From Malacoraja senta (lineage: Eukaryota), in assembly GCA_038087875.1 (NCBI GenBank), contig CM075981.1:1178001-1242000 (forward strand): a stretch of 64,000 bases of DNA, in the 5' to 3' direction. Made by a program: the position numbers and the translations under genes. Shown in pieces: positions 13,107 through 25,797 of this stretch. Every line of letters begins with the position of its first letter. Position 1 is the stretch's first letter. The notes below the pieces were generated by a model that did no database searches, had not been told where the DNA came from, and saw only the letters and a program-made list of their open reading frames with translations.

Positions 13107-13950
13107 GTATCCATAAACTAATCTAAAGGGTGCAATTTCACTTGAGACTTGAGAGGAGTGTTGCTTGGGATGAAACATGACAGTTATGGGGAGGGGTTGG
13201 ATATGGGTTTTATAAAATTCCATGCAGTACAGGTGAGGAAGGGGAAACCAATTACAGATGTACAAAAACAGTGAGCAGCATAGACAGTGTATTTTTGAAA
13301 AATGTTGCACGACAGATATGTGTAAATGTGGAGAACACATGGTTAAGTTAAAGAGCAGGATGTTTCAAGGGTATCAAGAAATATTTTTAAAACTAGAAGG
13401 TGGAGGTACCTGAATTGCCACAATGGACGAGGTGCTGGTAAATGGATCAGTATCGATGGTACTGAATTAACACATTAACACAGTGGACCAGATCTGATAC
13501 CGTCGGCAAGGAGTTAACTGTGGCCACATTTACTGATAATGTCTGATCCCTTACCATATCTGTGTGTGGATCATGTGGAGATGGTGGTGGGAAAGTGAAT
13601 GTGCTTGGACTGATGTCACTGCAAACCTAGTTTAATGCAGTGTAAACACAAAAGGCAATTGTATGCAGGAAGCTAGCCTACACCAGCACTAGGAAATCTA
13701 TTTCTGGGGCCCAACAACCAAGTATTGACGAATAGGCCATAATTCCATCATATTAATCTTGATAAGTTAATTAAATAACGTGCATGGATTTCAGGGTGAC
13801 GGGGGTTATGGGGAGAAGGCAGGAGAATGGGGTGAAGAGGGGAAGATAGATCAGCCATGATTGAATGGTCTATTTCTGCTTCTATCACATGATCTTATGA
13901 ATCACCCCACCCCCACGTCCCCTTCTTTACTCATTCCCTCTAGTACTTAC

Positions 13951-14271
13951 CAGTGCCGTGGATTTTCACTAGGAAACTGCAGGGCACGTCACTGCTGGAG
14001 ATGGACACGTTGACTATTTCACTTGATTATGATCCACGTTTATTTGAGGCTGTGCAGTAATATTGATGGTGCGGGTGTTTGAAGGATTGACAATGTAGAT
14101 CTAGGGCATTGTTTCCTGAGATCTTTGAATCCCCAGATGGGGTCTTTTCATACCAGGTGTATTTAATGGGAAGGAATCCCCGGACCGACTCACAGGACAC
14201 TGTGGCTGAGCCCCCGACACAGGAGACAATGGCTGGTGACTGAAATCCAAGCACAGGAACATACACGTTTT
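13951..14271 (-). pseudogene. Gene B C2-type Ig exon with an in-frame stop
   Basis: Acceptor tttcccacag|, donor G|gtaagt, 321 nt phase 1-1. VSCESVRGFLPIKYTWY...YYCTASNKRGS*SSE: TAA at 14027-14029 where paralogs have AAA. Confidence 0.88.
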
Positions 14272-15780
14272 CTGTGGGAAAGGAGCAAACAGTCAGACAC
14301 TGGGTGAACATCTGAAAATCAAACACTCGCCAATATCCACCATCTCTGTATCTCAGCCAGAGCCGCCAGGTTGGAATCTGACCCATCCATCCATATAGTT
14401 ATAGAGTTATACAGCATAGAAACAGACTCTTCGGTCTAACTTGCTCGTTCTGACCTACACAACCAATCTACACTAGTTCCACCTGCACTTGCTTGGCCGT
14501 TAACCCTCTAAACGTATCCTATTCATGTACCTGATCATTTTTTTCTTAAATGGTGCGAAATTACCTGCCATAACTACTTCCGTCGGCTGTTCGTTTCATA
14601 TGCCTACCAACCTTTGTGTGAAAACGTTACATCGCAGCTTCTTGTTTAATCATCCCCCCCCCCCCACCCCCCCAACCCCAATCTTAAAACTGTTCTCGAT
14701 TCCCCTACTGTGCAAAAGACTCTGTGCACTTACTGGACCAATTCCTCGGATGATGTTGTACCTGCCATAAGATCATGCCATCCTCCTGCGATCCAAGAAA
14801 TAAAGTCCTAGTCCGCTCAACCCCTCCCTGTAGTCAGGCCATCAAGTCATAGCAACATCCTTGTAAGTCTTCTCTGCAACCTATCCAACCTGGCAGCATA
14901 TTTCCTTTAACATGGTGATTAAAACTGACCACAAATCAGACAAATCATCAGACAAACTTTTACATTTTAGAAATTGCCAGCAGGAAAAGGGTGCATCGTT
15001 TATGCAACACCGCCAGATATTCAAAGTAACAAGGAAGCTGCCCATTTGTCTAATCAATATCAAACTGAATGCAGCAGTGCAATTATGAAGGAAATCGACA
15101 GGGACACTCCAGTACAGATGAGGACAATGTCAGCTACTCAGATGTTACATTTCAATGTAACAGCCAAATTACCTGTCAGAAAGCTCCTTCTCCTCACAAC
15201 CATTTACGAGAATTATACATCTCTGTGTCTCTCTATCCTCCCAGCTTCCAGAACTACCATGCCTGCAACTGTACCAGTACACAACAGTACACAACAGCAC
15301 CATCTCTCTTTGTTTTACAATTCCAGCATCTGCTGTTAATCTTTTAACCTGAAACTCTGCCACAATTCTAAATACCAACAGTCAAACACTTCATTAGTGC
15401 AACAGTATCACTATCGACAACTTTTTTAATTTCCTTGTATAATATTGTTGATAGTGATACTGTTGCACTAATGAGGTGTGTGAATGGCGGTATTGTAGAA
15501 TTGTGTGTAGGGAGCGAATGGGAAAGTGGAATAACATAGAACTAGTGTGACCGGTGATCGCTAGTCGGTGTGGACTCGGTGGGCCGAAGGATCCGTTTCC
15601 ATGTTCCATTTGTAAACTATAAATAAATATACGGGTGACATTTTTCTGTAACCTCTCCAAACCTTTCACATCTTTTGTTTTATAAAGCGGCTACCAGAAC
15701 TGTGCACCAGAATCCCACCTAACAAATGTTTTGTGCGGATGCCAAAGTGGAGACATAAAGTCACTCATTGAGAAACCTAC

Positions 15781-16096
15781 CTTCAACGACTTGGAGATGG
15801 ACTTTAAATGTTGGTTCGCCAGGTGTAATAATTCCACAACTGTACCATCCTGTATCTCCAGAGTGAAGATTCTCCACAGTCACAGTAAATATTCCTCGTG
15901 CTGAGTTATCTGTGATTGACACTCTTCCACTCTGTCCATGTTTCCCATTTGTTTCCACATTGTGTACATTGGCGACTTGTCCCAGGGCACCGGTATTTTG
16001 TGCGTGAGCGGTACACTGCTGTATAGTGACAATCGATTGAGATCGCTCTTCTCACATCCACTTGTACTTCACTCTCTGCCCACAGTGCACCTGAAA
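15781..16096 (-). pseudogene. Gene B CD300/pIgR-like IgV exon, frameshifted
   Basis: IDCHY...KYRCPGTSRQC, then DTGWYSCG in another frame; net 2-nt loss near 15960 relative to paralogs. Acceptor ttcag|tttcag and donor AG|gtaggt intact. Confidence 0.88.
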
Positions 16097-16276
16097 CTGA
16101 AGAAAACATCTTTCATAAATTGAAGGACAAAATTAGCTTTTCACAAACATATACATTATCGTATACATCAATGTTTACAGGGGAGTCCGCCCAATCATTT
16201 CCCTAAACTCTGTTGAATTCCACCTTGATTGCGATGAGAGACAGATAATGTACACCGTCCCTCACCATCTGCACAG

Positions 16277-16330
16277 CAGTGACGTGCGGTGAGGTCAATG
16301 GCTGGGGAGGCACTGGCTAGTATCAGTGGC
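16277..16330 (+). mobile_element. Possible hAT-type DNA transposon left end (cagtgacgtgcggtgagg...); no right end found
   Basis: Resembles, from memory, termini of fish hAT elements. No matching TIR or TSD located. Confidence 0.35.
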
Positions 16331-16817
16331 CCGGCCCTCCCAGTATTGATCACCGCGTCTCCCCGGGGAGGGAGCGAGGGGTGGAGCCGGGGCTGTGTGC
16401 GTGAAGTACAGCGACTGGAGAGGCGGGAGCGTTGCACCGCAGGGCTGGCCAAAGGAGGTGTGGGGCCCAATTAGGAACAATTTTGTTGAGCCCCAGGTTC
16501 CCAGTCTATTATAGACTTTATATCGCTATGGTGGAATGGAAAGTAATCAAAATGTGCGCTTAAAAATGTGTGCGAGTTAATGGACCAAACAGATCTAAGC
16601 TACATTTTAATATAAAATTGCATACATGTAAGCCTACAGGTAACAAACAAAATCTGTAGGTCACCTCTGAAGTTACAATACCACTTGTTTTAGTGACCCT
16701 GAAATGAAAAAAAAAGTGATTTAATTAACTAGATCCTGGCAAACCAATAACTATTGCCGAAAAAACAGTCCAGGCAGTAAATTTAGGGTTTCAGCCCCAT
16801 CCTATCCTTTGGGCTTC

Positions 16818-17411
16818 NNNNNNNNNNNNNNNNNNNNNNNNNNNNNNNNNNNNNNNNNNNNNNNNNNNNNNNNNNNNNNNNNNNNNNNNNNNNNNNNNNN
16901 NNNNNNNNNNNNNNNNNNNNNNNNNNNNNNNNNNNNNNNNNNNNNNNNNNNNNNNNNNNNNNNNNNNNNNNNNNNNNNNNNNNNNNNNNNNNNNNNNNNN
17001 NNNNNNNNNNNNNNNNNNNNNNNNNNNNNNNNNNNNNNNNNNNNNNNNNNNNNNNNNNNNNNNNNNNNNNNNNNNNNNNNNNNNNNNNNNNNNNNNNNNN
17101 NNNNNNNNNNNNNNNNNNNNNNNNNNNNNNNNNNNNNNNNNNNNNNNNNNNNNNNNNNNNNNNNNNNNNNNNNNNNNNNNNNNNNNNNNNNNNNNNNNNN
17201 NNNNNNNNNNNNNNNNNNNNNNNNNNNNNNNNNNNNNNNNNNNNNNNNNNNNNNNNNNNNNNNNNNNNNNNNNNNNNNNNNNNNNNNNNNNNNNNNNNNN
17301 NNNNNNNNNNNNNNNNNNNNNNNNNNNNNNNNNNNNNNNNNNNNNNNNNNNNNNNNNNNNNNNNNNNNNNNNNNNNNNNNNNNNNNNNNNNNNNNNNNNN
17401 NNNNNNNNNNN
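16818..17411. other. Assembly gap (N run)
   Basis: Ns. Confidence 1.
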
Positions 17412-17875
17412 NTGTGTGTGCGTGGGAGGGAAGGAGAAAAGGAAGGGTGGGAGAGAAGGAAGGAAGGAGAGCAGGGAGTGAGGGAAGTAGAGAAATAAGG
17501 GAGGGAGGGAAGGGGAGAAAGAAGGGAGGGAGGGAAGGGGAGAAAGAAGGGAGGGAGGGACGGAGAGAAGGGAAAAGGGAGAGAGGAAGGAGAGAAAGAA
17601 GGGAGGGAGGGAAGGAGAGAAGGGAAAAGAGGGAGAGGAAGGAAAGGGAAGAGGAGAAGTGAGGGAGAGGGCCGGCGGCGGGAGTGGGGAGAGAAAGGGG
17701 AGGAGCAGGGGCTGTGTGCGTGAAGCACGGCGACTGGAGCGGCGGGAGCGCTGCCCTGGGACCGTGAAGGAACGACCCACCTCCCCCTTCTCCATTCCCC
17801 CCCTCTCCCCTCCCCGTCTGCCCCTTGCTTCCCCTCCACCCCCTCTCCACCCCTCACTCCCCCCTCCACCCGGGC
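17412..17875. repeat. Low-complexity GA-rich tract followed by a CT-rich tract
   Basis: (gggag/aagg)n from ~17425 to 17705; ccct-rich from ~17778 to 17872. Confidence 0.85.
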
Positions 17876-19299
17876 TGGATCTACCCGAGTCGGTACTCCA
17901 GGGCGGGGCCCAATTAGGAGCTCTCAGCGGCCGCTACAAATCCATGAATCAATCTACCAGTCAGCGCCGCCCGCAGGTGGAAAGTCAGCGCCGCCAGCGG
18001 TGGAATGCAGTATTGCGCTGCCGCGGTTGAAGCTCGCTAACGTGGAGGGAGAGTGAGGTAGCGTTAATTACGTGGGCTGAGCCAACGTAATTGACGCTCG
18101 CTCTTCCTCCACTGGACTCAAGACACGCCCCCTTGTGGGGCAGATGTGATCGCTGCCTCCCCTGGTGCTTTTTGATTGCAGTTTTATGATGAGACCAGCG
18201 AGCACAAATTTAATATATTTATATGTGAAATACGTTACCTGGACTATGGAAGGTGAGGACATGTAACGAAGGGGTTTACACACATTATATTGGTGACATA
18301 CATGGAGATAGTCACAGACAGACGCTTATTGCCCGCGCTCCATTCAGTTTCTTAGGGGTTGCGCAATCGGAAGGAAGCCTCAGCTCGGCACTGCCTCTCC
18401 TTTCATCTATCCCTGTATTTGCAGCGGAACTGCGCAAATTTGGAGATTTTTACTATAAAAATTGATAAAATCATATAGAAATGAAATTATACCGAAGATC
18501 AGTGAAAAAATCTTTATAATTATTTCATTTTATTATTATTTTTCTTTACTTTTCTATTTCAGCAATTTTCATTGGGAGTATGACAGGTCGTTCCAAAGCT
18601 CTTCCCAGCCAATATGGGTGTGAATGGTGAAGACTGATGCATTGAACACGGAGCCTGTTTCAATTGGAAGGCGCTGTCTAGGGAGTCTTGGTGAGTTGCT
18701 GCAGTGCATCGTGCAGATGGTGCAAACTGCTGCTGCTCTGCATCAGCGGGGGAGGTTGTGGATGGGGTGTCTATCCAAGCGCGATTCTGGGTCATGACAG
18801 ACCAAGCACAAGTGTTCAGAGAAATTGTGGCCTAGGCCAGTGCTTTTTAAACTGATGAATGGTTCACCCACGGGTGAATGAAATTATTTTGGAGTGAATT
18901 ATTTAATTTAGTGACAAAATAAATTATATATAAAATTATACACAAGGGAGAATAAGACCAAAATTGCCACAAAAAAAACATAAGAAAATTTAGTCAAGGG
19001 TGCATGAAATTTTATGATGAAGACTCAAGGGTGAATGACACTGAAATAGTTTAAGAATCACTAGCCTTGGATACGCTTGGTCGCGCTGATGTAAACCATT
19101 CACACTCTTTTCTGGACTTCCAATCTGAGCGTCTCCACACCTACTGGGAATATCATTTCACAATTATCTTTGAGAAAAGAAAGGGTTATACTTGATGGAG
19201 TGACGGCCAAGTAGATTACACATTAATTTTGTGAGATTACTGGAGTTCCAGTGTTCCACAGAAATTAACAGAGTTAAAATCATGAACATGATCATGAAA

Positions 19300-22200
19300 T
19301 TGTACATTCAATTCAATTCATTCAATTCAATTTTATTCAATTCAACTTTATTGTCATTGCACAGATACAAGTATGGGTACAACGAAATGCAGTTTAGCGT
19401 CTGTTCGTAGTAATAGTGCAATATAGAAATAAAATTACAGAATAAGAATAATATACAGAATACAAATACAGAATAAGCAAACAATGTGGACGGAGAGACA
19501 GGAGAAATCTATCGGCGGGACTCCGAGTTCAGCAATGTGATAGTGTTGTTGAAGAAGCTGTTCCTCATCCTACTTGTACGAGACCTGAGGCTTCTGTACC
19601 GCCTCCCTGATGGAAGGAGGGCAAACAGTCCATGGTTAGGGTGGGAGGGGTCCTTGATGATCTTCCCGGCCCGTCTCAGACACCGTTTTCGGTGGAGGGC
19701 ATCCATTGCAGGGAGCGGGGCACCGATGATGTACTGAGCGGTTTTCACCACCCGTTGTAGTGCCTTCCTGTCAGCTACCGTGCAACTGCTGTACCATACC
19801 GTGATGCAGGTGGTCAGGATGCTTTCGATGGTACAGCGGTAAACGTTGGTCAGGATCTGGGGGGACAGGTGAGCTTTCTTGAGCCTCCTCAGGAAGTAAA
19901 GGCGCTGCTGCGCCTTTTTCATCAGTTTGGAGGTATTGAGGGACCAGGACAGATCCTCCGAGATGTGTACCCCGAGGAATTTGTAGTTGGAGACGCGCTC
20001 CACCTCAGTCCCGTTTATATGGATGGAGGTATGTATGCCCCCTCTGTTCTTCCTGAAGTCAACAATAATTTCCTTCGTCTTCTTGGAGTTGAGGACGAGG
20101 TTGTTGTTGGCACACCAGGCTGCCAGGTGCTGGACCTCCTCCCTGTAGGCTGACTCGTCGTTGTCACTGATCAGTCCTACCACCGTGGTATCGTCCGCAA
20201 ATTTAATGATGGCGTTGGAGCCATTCTTAGGGATGCAGTCATGGGTGAAGAAGGAATAGAGGAGAGGGCTGAGCACACAGCGCTGTGGCACGCCGGTGTT
20301 CAGTGTTACAGTGGAGGAGGTGAGGTTGTTGACCCTAACAGACTGTGGTCTGTTGGTCAGGTAATCCAGTGTCCAATTGCAGAGGGAGGTGGAGATGCCA
20401 AGTCCGCTGCGTTTGGTGATCAAGCTAGCGGGATGACAGTGTTAAAGGCGGAGCTGAAATCAATGAACAGCAACCTGATGTAGGTGTTATTGCTGTCCAG
20501 GTGGGTCAGGGCAGAGTGTAGGGGCCGCCGATATGGCGTCCACTGTAGACCTGTTGGTCTGGTAGGCAAACTGATGGGGGTCCAGTGTGGGGGGGAGGCT
20601 GGCTTTGAGGTGAGCCAGGATCAGCCGCTCAAAGCACTTTGCAATGACAGGGGTGAGTGCCACTGGGCGGAAGTCGTTGAGACTCCCTGTAGCCGATTGG
20701 TTGGGCACTGGCACAATGGTTGATGTCTTGAGGCAAGTGGGGACGACACCCTGGGCCAGTGACAGATTGAAAATGTCAGTGAAGACCAGGGATAGTTTTC
20801 CAGCACATGCCCTGAAGTCAACAATAATTTCCTTCGTCTTCTTGGAGTTGAGGACGAGGTTGTTGTTGGCACACCAGGCTGCCAGGTGCTGGACCTCCTC
20901 CCTGTAGGCTGACTCGTCGTTGTCACTGATCAGTCCTACCACCGTGGTATCGTCCGCAAATTTAATGATGGCGTTGGAGCCATTCTTAGGGATGCAGTCA
21001 TGGGTGAAGAAGGAGTAGAGGAGAGGGCTGAGCACACAGCGCTGTGGCACGCCGGTGTTCAGTGTTACAGTGGAGGAGGTGAGGTTGTTGACCCTAACAG
21101 ACTGTGGTCTGTTGGTCAGGTAATCCATTGTCCAATTGCAGAGGGAGGTGGAGATGCCAAGTCCGCTGCGTTTGGTGATCAAGCTAGCGGGGATGACAGT
21201 GTTAAAGGCGGAGCTGAAATCAATGAACAGCAACCTGATGTAGGTGTTATTGCTGTCCAGGTGGGTCAGGGCAGAGTGTAGGGCCGCCGATATGGCGTCC
21301 ACTGTAGACCTGTTGGTCTGGTAGGCAAACTGATGGGGGTCCAGTGTGGGGGGGAGGCTGGCTTTGAGGTGAGCCAGGATCAGCCGCTCAAAGCACTTTG
21401 CAATGACAGGGGTGAGTGCCACTGGGCGGAAGTCGTTGAGACTCCCTGTAGCCGATTGGTTGGGCACTGGCACAATGGTTGATGTCTTGAGGCAAGTGGG
21501 GACGACACCCTGGGCCAGTGACAGATTGAAAATGTCAGTGAAGACCAGGGATAGTTGTCCAGCACATGCCCTGAGCACCCGCCCGGGGATGCCATCGGGG
21601 CCGGCAGCTTTGTACTCATTCACCTTGCTCAGCGCATCTTGTACAGCAGAGGTGGAGAGACTGAGGGGTTGTTCGTTCGGGGGTGGAGCAACTTTGATGG
21701 CCGGTCTAAGCGAGCATAGAAGTGGTTTAGCTCGTCAGGAAGGGAGGCGTTGTCAGGGGGGGGGGGGTTACCTTTATGGTAATCGGCAATGGATTTGATT
21801 CCTTGCCACATGCGCCTAGGGTCGGAGTTGTTTTGGAAATGCTCCTCGATCCGCCGTTTGTGATTGAGTTTAGCATTCCTTTTTTTTTTTGAAAATATTT
21901 TTTATTGGAGATAAGTACACAACCTATTTACATCATTACAGTCTTACATTTTTAAATTGATAATATTGTCAATTATTATTACATTGTCTCCAATACCTTT
22001 TGCCTTTTTTTTTTTTTAAACTAAATAGAACTAAAGAGATAGATGAAGTAAAGAAAGAAAAGAAAGAGAAGAAAAAAGAAAAAAAAAAAAAAAAAAAGGA
22101 AAAAGATAGTTAAAGAAGAATGGAAAAAATTATTAAAATAAAAAACTTCATTCGAGATATATTCGCACATTTCTAAGTATAGCATTTCATCCATTCTTTA

Positions 22201-22565
22201 GCCCGAGAGCTAGTCAGGTTCCTGTGCTGAACTGTTCTGACCCTTTAAGTAATCAATAAAAGGAGACCATGTTCCAACGAATAATTCCTGTTTGTCCAAC
22301 AGGGAGAATCTGATTCTTTCCACGTTTAAGGTCTCCGTCATTTCTATAATCCACATTTTGATTGTGGGGGTCGTAGGGCCTTTCCAAAATTTTAGAATTA
22401 ATTTTTTTCCTGTTATTAAACTATAATCAATAAAGTTTCTTTGTGTTGTTCTAAATGTTTGATTTAATTCTAATATTCCGAGTATTATTAATTTTGGAGT
22501 TTAGCATTCCTAATTCCCTTTTTCAGATTGGCCCTGGATGAGCTGTATCCCTCAATTGTACATCC
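19300..22565 (-). mobile_element. Rex1/Babar-like LINE with RT, carrying a 759-bp internal tandem duplication and a nested L1
   Basis: [35 protein letters not shown]; (ttgaa)n tail. The coding sequence resumes after the L1 (GYSSSRANLKKGIRNAK). Confidence 0.9.
21881..22496 (-). mobile_element. L1-clade LINE, 5'-truncated, nested in the Rex/Babar copy
   Basis: Poly-A tail; homologous to the 3' part of the L1 at 56.6-57.9 kb; 15-bp TSD gagtttagcattcct at 21866-21880 and 22497-22511. Confidence 0.9.
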
Positions 22566-22958
22566 TTGGTTATAAATGAAGATGGATCCAAATAGAATGC
22601 AGTTGGTTGCTTTTTCTGTCTCAAAGTGACTGTGAGATCTTAAACGGCCGCCAGAAAATCATTTTTAAGGCAGAAGGCAGAAATTTGATGGAATACACTC
22701 AACCTGTTGTGATAAGTGCAGGTCTTTCTCTCCTTTGCTGAAATTGCTCAACATCTCCCAGGTGAAAGCAACAGGCAATTATTTGCCAGACCCCCAAACA
22801 AACTATCGCATTTTACACCATGAGCTCACGGTCGCTGCAAAGATGCCGCCTGCAAATACTAAAAAAAAACACCAACATCACCACAAGGTCAAAAGCAGCA
22901 GCTCGAAGAGCACGAGAGGAATTGTGACACAGTATTCTCACGGGAAAATAACACTCAC

Positions 22959-23279
22959 CTGTATTATTCATTTCTGTCACATAACTGCACGTTCCTGCTC
23001 TTTTGAAGAATTTCACGTTGAGTATTTCACTGGATTTTGTCCCACGACTATTTGAGGCTGTGTAGTAATATTGACGGCGTTGACCTCCGAGCATTTCGCA
23101 ACTCAGATCCATTTAATTGCTTTTCAAGATCGTTGAACACCCATACTCGTTCACCTCACATCATGTGTAATGGATGGGAAGGGATCCACGGACAGACTCA
23201 CAGGACACTGACATTGATCCTCCGAGACGTGAGGCATTTGCTGGTGACAGATATCTGAGCACAGGAGCAGACACAGGTT
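22959..23279 (-). pseudogene. Gene C C2-type Ig exon, two stops
   Basis: 321 nt phase 1-1, cccacag| and G|gtgagt. TGA at 23161-23163 (core Trp), TAA at 23113-23115, F-strand Cys changed to Tyr (YYYTASN). Confidence 0.88.
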
Positions 23280-24211
23280 CTGTGGGAATGGAGAAAACAT
23301 TCAGTCTCCTGTATGAACAGTTAAAAACCAAACACTTGCTAAATCTCAGCAGCACTTTTTCTCATCCCGAACCGTCCGGTTGATATCTCACCGGCTCATC
23401 TACATCTCTGTGAGTGTGCGAAGCCCAGAAACAGAAGAAGATTAGAGTGATAGAGAACCGAAAGAGGCCCATTACAACAGCTCATTCATGCCGACCAACA
23501 TGTCTTTCTAGGCCATTTCCACATGTCCACGTTTCTCCCTTATCACTCGCAATGATCCCAATCTACGTAACTGTCCAAATGTATTTTAAATGCTGTTATT
23601 CTAACTGCCTCAACAACTTCCTCTGGCAGCAGGTTCCATATAAATATCACCCAATGTGTGGAAATTGTTGCCCCTCAGAACAGAATTGGGATGTTATGTT
23701 TCAGTTGTACATATGTGGATAAGGTCGAACTTGGGCGATTTTATTTTCAGCTTCAGCCACTCATCTGTACCAAACATGCCACTACTGGCATTGACACCTT
23801 ACTATCCCCCCCCCCTCTTTAAATACTTCCCATAACCTCTGTCCTCCACTTTGTCATCCCACACATCGTGGGGAAAATGAACATGCTTTTCGAGATTTAT
23901 ACATTTCTATAAGATCCTCGCTCAATCATTTCAGGAATAAGGTCTGAGTTTGTCCAATCGCTCCCTGCGTCAATCACATCCTGTTCAGGCTGCGTCGTCC
24001 TAAAACCTTTTTGCACGCTGTCCACCTCAATGGCACTCTTCTTGGAGCTGGGGGACTAAAGCTGAACATAATTACCAGAATGTGGACTCAGCATCTGCAC
24101 GTCTGAAGCATATTATCTCAAATTATTTTCTGAATGAAGACCAGCGTGCCAAAAAATACTATTCAATGCCTTGGAATTTAAAGGCGAAACTTATTTACAA
24201 TACAAAGAGAT

Positions 24212-25030
24212 AAAATGCTGGAGTAACTCAGCGGGGCAGGCAGTAGCTCTCGAGAGAAGGAATGGGTCAAGTTTCGGGTTGAGACCCTTCTTCAGCCTGA
24301 GAGTCATGTTCAGGGTGACAGAAGGGAAATTGAAGAGTAAGGAGTGAAAACAAGTGATCAAAGGTGACAATGTTAAAGGAAAATGTAGAATGGATCATTG
24401 TCGACTGAAAGGAAGGTGACAACGAGGCATACAATCAGTATATAAATATAATCAGGATGACAGTGAAAATATTTGGAGGACTAGGACGGGGGCGGGATGG
24501 AGACAGGGGTAAAGCAATGGTCACTTGAAGTCTTCTTCTTGTCGAGTCCGCACACATCCAGAGCTGAACACACTTCTCGGCATCTGCATACAATGATGTC
24601 TGTCTTGCGCTTCTTGTGCTTGGTGGTGGGAAGATTGGTGGAAACAGGGCCGCGACGTGCACTTGAAGTTAGAGAAGTCAATATTCAAACCGCTGGGTTG
24701 TAAGCTGCCCAAGCGACATATGAGGTGCTGTTCCTCCAATTCGCGTTTGGCCTCACCCTGACAGTGGAGGAGGTCCAGGACAGAAAGGCCAGTTTGGGAA
24801 AGGAAGGGGGAGTTAGTGTTTAGCAATGGGGAAGTAGCGTTGGCCGAGGCAGACTGAGCGGAGTTGTTCAGCCAAACGATTGCCGAGTCAGCGCTTGGTC
24901 TCGCCGATTATATAGGAGTTCACATTTGGAACTGTGGATATAGTAGATGAGGTTGGAGATGCAAATGAACCTCTGCCTCACCCGAAAAGACTGTTGGGAT
25001 CCTTGGACGGAGCAGAGAGGGGAGGTATAG
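24212..25030 (-). mobile_element. Penelope-like retroelement fragment
   Basis: LLHCQGEAKRELEEQHLICRLGSLQPSGLNIDFSNFK, resembling the GIY-YIG C-terminus. Confidence 0.7.
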
Positions 25031-25701
25031 GAAAATGTGTTGTAGGGAAAGGTACCTGGGGAGGGGGTGGTTTGGGTGAGAAAGGACAGTCGTTGATCAG
25101 GGAGTTGGGCTGATGGATTGACAGATGAGTTTATTCTGCTCACCACCCCGGAAATGTCCGGGTGGAGAGGCTGGCTGGCTGGCGGTGGGTGGACAGTGGC
25201 TGCTGGGGATTGGGGCACATTGACCAGGAAGAGGGAGGGAGAGAGAGAGCGCGGGGTGGGGAGGGAATGACTGATCCCTGGGGTTGGGCGGTAAGCGGAC
25301 TAGCCTGCCTCGGGAGGACTGAATGCAATATCTTGAGCTCTGGGGATTCCCTGTTTATGATTCTCCGGGTATTTAGACCGCGAGCAACACTTGTTTCTCA
25401 CAGATCTGTCGGATTATTAGTTTGAGTCGGAATGCAAACCTCTGACAGGGTGATATTTCATACAGTTCATAGGCAGGGAAATGTGCTGATCATCCCACTT
25501 AAGGTGGGTGGCCGCTCAGTGGGACAGAGCCCGCACTGGGTTAGAGAATCATGAGTGGGGTTTCCCGACCCCCGCTCGCTCCCCGCAGGTCTCTGCACTC
25601 CTGCGGAGCCTCGGGATAGTGGTGCTGCCCTGACCCTTCCCGGAGAAAACATGGATCAGGCATTTCAGTGGACACGTCAAGTCAATCGCTGCGAAACATA
25701 C

Positions 25702-25797
25702 CGCCAGATACTTGGATATAGAGGTTAAATATTGGATGGCCGGCAGATGTTGTAATTCCACAGCTGGACCGCCCAGTATCTCCAGAGTGAACCGCAC
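25702..25797 (-). pseudogene. Gene C internally deleted IgV mini-exon (96 nt, in frame): GAVHSGDTGRSSCGITTSAGHPIFNLYIQVSG
   Basis: The V-exon start gtgcggt is fused directly to the HSGDTG segment. Acceptor tttcag| and donor G|gtatgt are present; the downstream intron is homologous to those after V exons D and E. Confidence 0.8.

Noticed and set aside
13984-16287. 14-bp inverted match (gcacgtcactgctg / cagcagtgacgtgc) as transposon TIRs
   Set aside because: The orientation faces outward and the left copy is ordinary C2 coding sequence; coincidence.
16783-17869. Long ORFs in the track around 16.8-17.9 kb (and around 27.7-28.1 and 33.7-34.3 kb)
   Set aside because: They run through N gaps and low-complexity GA/CT sequence; artefacts.
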